This document shows, piece after piece, positions 61,196 through 64,000 of a DNA stretch of 64,000 nucleotides; positions within the stretch are counted from its first letter, which is position 1; each line of letters begins with the position of its first letter. The notes under the pieces are model-generated. The model was not told the origin of the DNA and did no database searches. It saw only the letters and a program-made list of their open reading frames with translations. A program made the position numbers and the translations under genes. Source of the DNA: Bdellovibrionales bacterium (GTDB lineage: Bacteria; Bdellovibrionota; Bdellovibrionia; Bdellovibrionales; UBA1609); contig OZ241877.1 in assembly GCA_965203095.1 (NCBI GenBank), forward strand, positions 1,600,001 through 1,664,000. The letters are read 5' to 3'.

Positions 61196-62191
61196 CTATA
61201 GACTTTCTTTGCTCTTCTCTTGAGGTTTTTTCCCGGCCATAAGAAGTTTTTGAACAATATTCTCACATCGGTTAATGGCCTTTTGTAAGTCTTTGATATG
61301 GCTTTTTTCTAAAGAAAGCTGATTGGGGATCTGTCTTTCAATCGCGAATAAAAGGGCTTTGATTCCGGCAATGGGGTTGTTCAGCTCATGGGCGAGGCTC
61401 CCTTTAATCAGGCCCAGCTCTCTCTCATTGGCTTGGGCGGAGAGGCGAGCTTCCATAGCCATTTCCTCTGTCACATTTTTAATTAAAAACAAAAGTGCGG
61501 GAAAGCTCTCTTGTTTTAAAAAAATAGGCTTAAATGAGATTTCCCATAAAGAGGGATCATTATCAGATACTCCCTTAGTCAGCCATGATCCTTCTTCTTC
61601 CGGTGAGGGCATTTTTGCAGGGAAGGGAAAAAGCTCAAAAAGCTTTTGAACAGGTAGATACTGTTTTGATTTTTTGCTGATCTTTTTAAAAGACTGATTG
61701 GCCCGAAGAATTTTAAAATTTTTATCTGTAATGCAAAAAGCTTGAGGAAAAGAGTCAAAAGCTTGGCTCCATTCTTGTTTAAGGTGTTCTTTTTTTACTT
61801 TGCTCTCAATAAAATCAAGAGATCCTGCAATAAAACCAGCAATTTTTTTTAAAAATTTTTTTTGACTTTGTGAAAATTTTTTAGACGAATAAAACAACAA
61901 TGAGCCATAATGTGAGGTCGCATTTAAAGGGCAATCTATTTGAAACGGCCAGCTTTTTTCATTTTGAGGAAATTGAAAAAGATCTTTTCTCAACCAAGAT
62001 GTATTAAAATTCCAACTCAGGTCATCAACTTCCAGCAGGTCTAAAAAACTTTTGCTTTTGAGCAGTAAAAGATCCTCTACTTTAGAAAAGCTATGTATTT
62101 TGAGCAGAGCTGTGTAAAGCCTTCTCTTTTTGGCAGAACGAGTTTTGTTTGATATGCCTTTTTTTTGTGCAAAATGAGAGGCTTTATTCAC
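61196..62191 (-). CDS. PAS plus HisKA (H-box) protein lacking the HATPase domain
   Basis: EWSQAFDSF..AFCITD..F.ILRAN (PAS), LAHELNNPIAGI; the ORF ends about 60 aa after the His with no N/G/F boxes. Confidence 0.75.
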   Translation of the reverse strand: MNKASHFAQKKGISNKTRSAKKRRLYTALLKIHSFSKVEDLLLLKSKSFLDLLEVDDLSWNFNTSWLRKDLFQFPQNEKSWPFQIDCPLNATSHYGSLLFYSSKKFSQSQKKFLKKIAGFIAGSLDFIESKVKKEHLKQEWSQAFDSFPQAFCITDKNFKILRANQSFKKISKKSKQYLPVQKLFELFPFPAKMPSPEEEGSWLTKGVSDNDPSLWEISFKPIFLKQESFPALLFLIKNVTEEMAMEARLSAQANERELGLIKGSLAHELNNPIAGIKALLFAIERQIPNQLSLEKSHIKDLQKAINRCENIVQKLLMAGKKPQEKSKESL

Positions 62192-62407
62192 ATTAATAGA
62201 ATAGCCTTTTTTTAAGAAAATCCAAAACCCGCCCGCTCTTATTCTTGACCAAAGGGCAGGGCTTAAGGCAAAAATCCAGCTTTTTCGTGAAAAAAATACC
62301 TTATTATACTGGTTTGATTAAGTTTTGCCCTTTCCCTCTAATCTCTATCTATATTCAGCAAATGGAGCCTTAATTCATGTGGGTTTTAGAGCACTTGAAA
62401 AAAAGCT

Positions 62408-62442
62408 TTGACATTTCCAGACAATGAGCCGATAATGAGTTT
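62408..62442 (+). promoter_or_regulatory. Putative sigma70 promoter with leaderless geometry
   Basis: TTGACA-N17-GATAAT-N6-ATG(62443). Confidence 0.6.
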
Positions 62443-62709
62443 ATGGCAAGTTTTCTATCTTTTTTAAGCTCATTGGGATTCAGTTTTGAAAGCCTTTTTT
62501 TATTCATTATATTGATTCTATTTTACATAAAACTTGATCATAAGATTGATCTTGTTTTTAAGCTTTTGAGTAAAGACATAGGTCACATAAAAGAGATTTT
62601 AAGCAATCACATGACAGACACAAATAAAAAAATTGATCAGCTGGACAATAAGTTTGATAAGAGGATTGATAAACTTGAGTCTAAAATTGAGCAGAACTTT
62701 AGGAAATAA
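62443..62709 (+). CDS. Small membrane-anchored coiled-coil hypothetical protein
   Basis: N-terminal TM segment, then heptad-like KKIDQLDNKFDKRIDKLE. Confidence 0.65.
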   Translation: MASFLSFLSSLGFSFESLFLFIILILFYIKLDHKIDLVFKLLSKDIGHIKEILSNHMTDTNKKIDQLDNKFDKRIDKLESKIEQNFRK

Positions 62710-62765
62710 ACCCCCTTTTTAAATCCTCTATTTTTCCCTTGTTATAAGCTTTTTTAATAAAAAAT

Positions 62766-63650
62766 ATGAAACTTCAAATTCCAGCAGTTTATCAAAAAAT
62801 TTTTGAGAATAAAATTTGCTTTTACTGTGGGTTGTTTATTGTCCTTGTCGGTCTTTGTGCTCTGTTTGCTGAGTGGATTGCCCCTTACCCTTTTTATGAG
62901 CAGTTTCCTGAAAGGGCACTCTCTCCTCCCTCAATTCAGCACTATTTGGGAACAGATCATCTGGGAAGAGACCTTCTCTCTCGGATCATTTATGGGGCCA
63001 GAATTTCTATAGCCATAGGCTTAGGAACAGCCTTAATTTCCGGTTTTCTGGGTTTGTTTTATGGGTTGATTTCCGGATGGCTTGGGGGATGGCCTGATCG
63101 GATACTGATGCGTTTTATTGATATTATGTTTTCCATTCCCACTTTAGTTCTTTTAATTTTAGTTAAGGTAATATTTGATTCTTTTATCCCCATACCTCAT
63201 CCGGAACTGAAGGCTTTAGTGAGTGCTTTGGCCGCTTTAAGTTTAGTGAGCTGGGCCTCTTTAGCCCGTGTGGTTAGAGGTCAGGTTTTACAAGTGAAGG
63301 AAGATCTTTTTGTGGAATCCGCCAGAGCTGTGGGGGCGGGTGCTTTTCGAATGCTTTTTGTTCATGTTTTGCCCAATATAGTCGCTCCTATAATTATTAT
63401 TTTGACTTTTCAAATTCCATCCAATATTTTGTTTGAGAGCATGTTGAGCTTTTTAGGCTTGGGTCTAAAGCCCCCCTTTAGCAGTTGGGGGGTATTGGTG
63501 GATGAAGGTTGGCGATCTTTAAGCTTTTGCCCTCGCCTCATAATTGCCCCCGGCCTTATGCTTTTTTTGACTGTGTTGGCTTTTAATCTTTTTGGAGATG
63601 GCTTGAGAGATATTTTGGACCCTAAAATGCAAAGTGTGCCAAGGGATTAA
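62766..63650 (+). CDS. Peptide ABC transporter permease (OppC/DppC family)
   Basis: LGTDHLGRDLLSR..YGARIS, FVESARAVGA (EAA loop), HVLPN, LSFLGLG, GDGLRD.LDP. Confidence 0.93.
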   Translation: MKLQIPAVYQKIFENKICFYCGLFIVLVGLCALFAEWIAPYPFYEQFPERALSPPSIQHYLGTDHLGRDLLSRIIYGARISIAIGLGTALISGFLGLFYGLISGWLGGWPDRILMRFIDIMFSIPTLVLLILVKVIFDSFIPIPHPELKALVSALAALSLVSWASLARVVRGQVLQVKEDLFVESARAVGAGAFRMLFVHVLPNIVAPIIIILTFQIPSNILFESMLSFLGLGLKPPFSSWGVLVDEGWRSLSFCPRLIIAPGLMLFLTVLAFNLFGDGLRDILDPKMQSVPRD

Positions 63651-63733
63651 AGAATGAAAATTGGACAAGATGAGATTTTTTTTGACATTTTTTATTTTTA
63701 TCTTTTATATAAAATGCTATTCAGGAGGTATTT

Positions 63734-64000
63734 ATGAATTTTAAATGGCTTTTGTTGTTTTTTTTAGGCTTTCATGCTACTGGGGAAGATTCTGCAAATT
63801 TTGTTACAAATTTTACTACTACTGAATTTTTTAAGCAAGCGACTACTGGCGATTTTTGGACATTCAGCTCCTGGGTGGAAACTACAGGAGTCGATATCAA
63901 TACTCAAGATAAAGAGGGCCGGACAGCTCTTCATCTGACCTCTAATGGGGATATAGTAAAGTTTTTGTTAGATAAAGGAGCGAAACCCAATATTCGAGAT
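63734..64000 (+). CDS. Secreted ankyrin-repeat protein, truncated by the window end
   Basis: AGGAGG RBS; MNFKWLLLFFLGFHATG...GVDINTQDKEGRTALH...IVKFLLDKGAKPNIRD. Confidence 0.82.
   Translation, partial: MNFKWLLLFFLGFHATGEDSANFVTNFTTTEFFKQATTGDFWTFSSWVETTGVDINTQDKEGRTALHLTSNGDIVKFLLDKGAKPNIRD

Noticed and set aside
62305..62319. Isolated IS630 end (TATACTGGTTTGATT matches the IS terminus)
   Set aside because: Only 15 bp, no partner end or transposase remnant, and it could be part of the local hairpin arm; not enough to call.

Overview
AT-rich bacterial chromosome segment; gene content (SpeA, AstB, alternative complex III, a type IV pilin cluster, secreted ankyrin proteins) is compatible with a Bdellovibrionota-like organism (inference only). 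It is mostly housekeeping genes (murJ, purK, grx, speA, tRNA-Ser, nhaA, secG, dprA, alaS, topA, astB, guaA, trmD, rplS, lnt, rpsG, rpsL, dapD, cutA, tyrS, cysS, valS, actABCDEF), many of them detached from their usual operons. A defence-type island at about 41.6-48.6 kb holds a NYN nuclease, an SDH/ClpP-fold protease, a frameshifted pentapeptide gene and a fused type IIG R-M gene cut by an IS630 element. The most striking non-standard signals are: (1) a dispersed family of at least 8 intergenic elements with TAGT..CGTGAAAAA-type inverted ends and a long hairpin whose stems covary around a conserved 33-nt loop; (2) a related dRS3/REP-like palindrome that forms an 8-unit tandem array and has inserted in-frame twice into alaS; (3) a PabI-family restriction-glycosylase/methyltransferase pair translationally coupled inside the respiratory ACIII operon; (4) a subtilase whose catalytic motifs are split between two separately secreted proteins behind a C21 tract.
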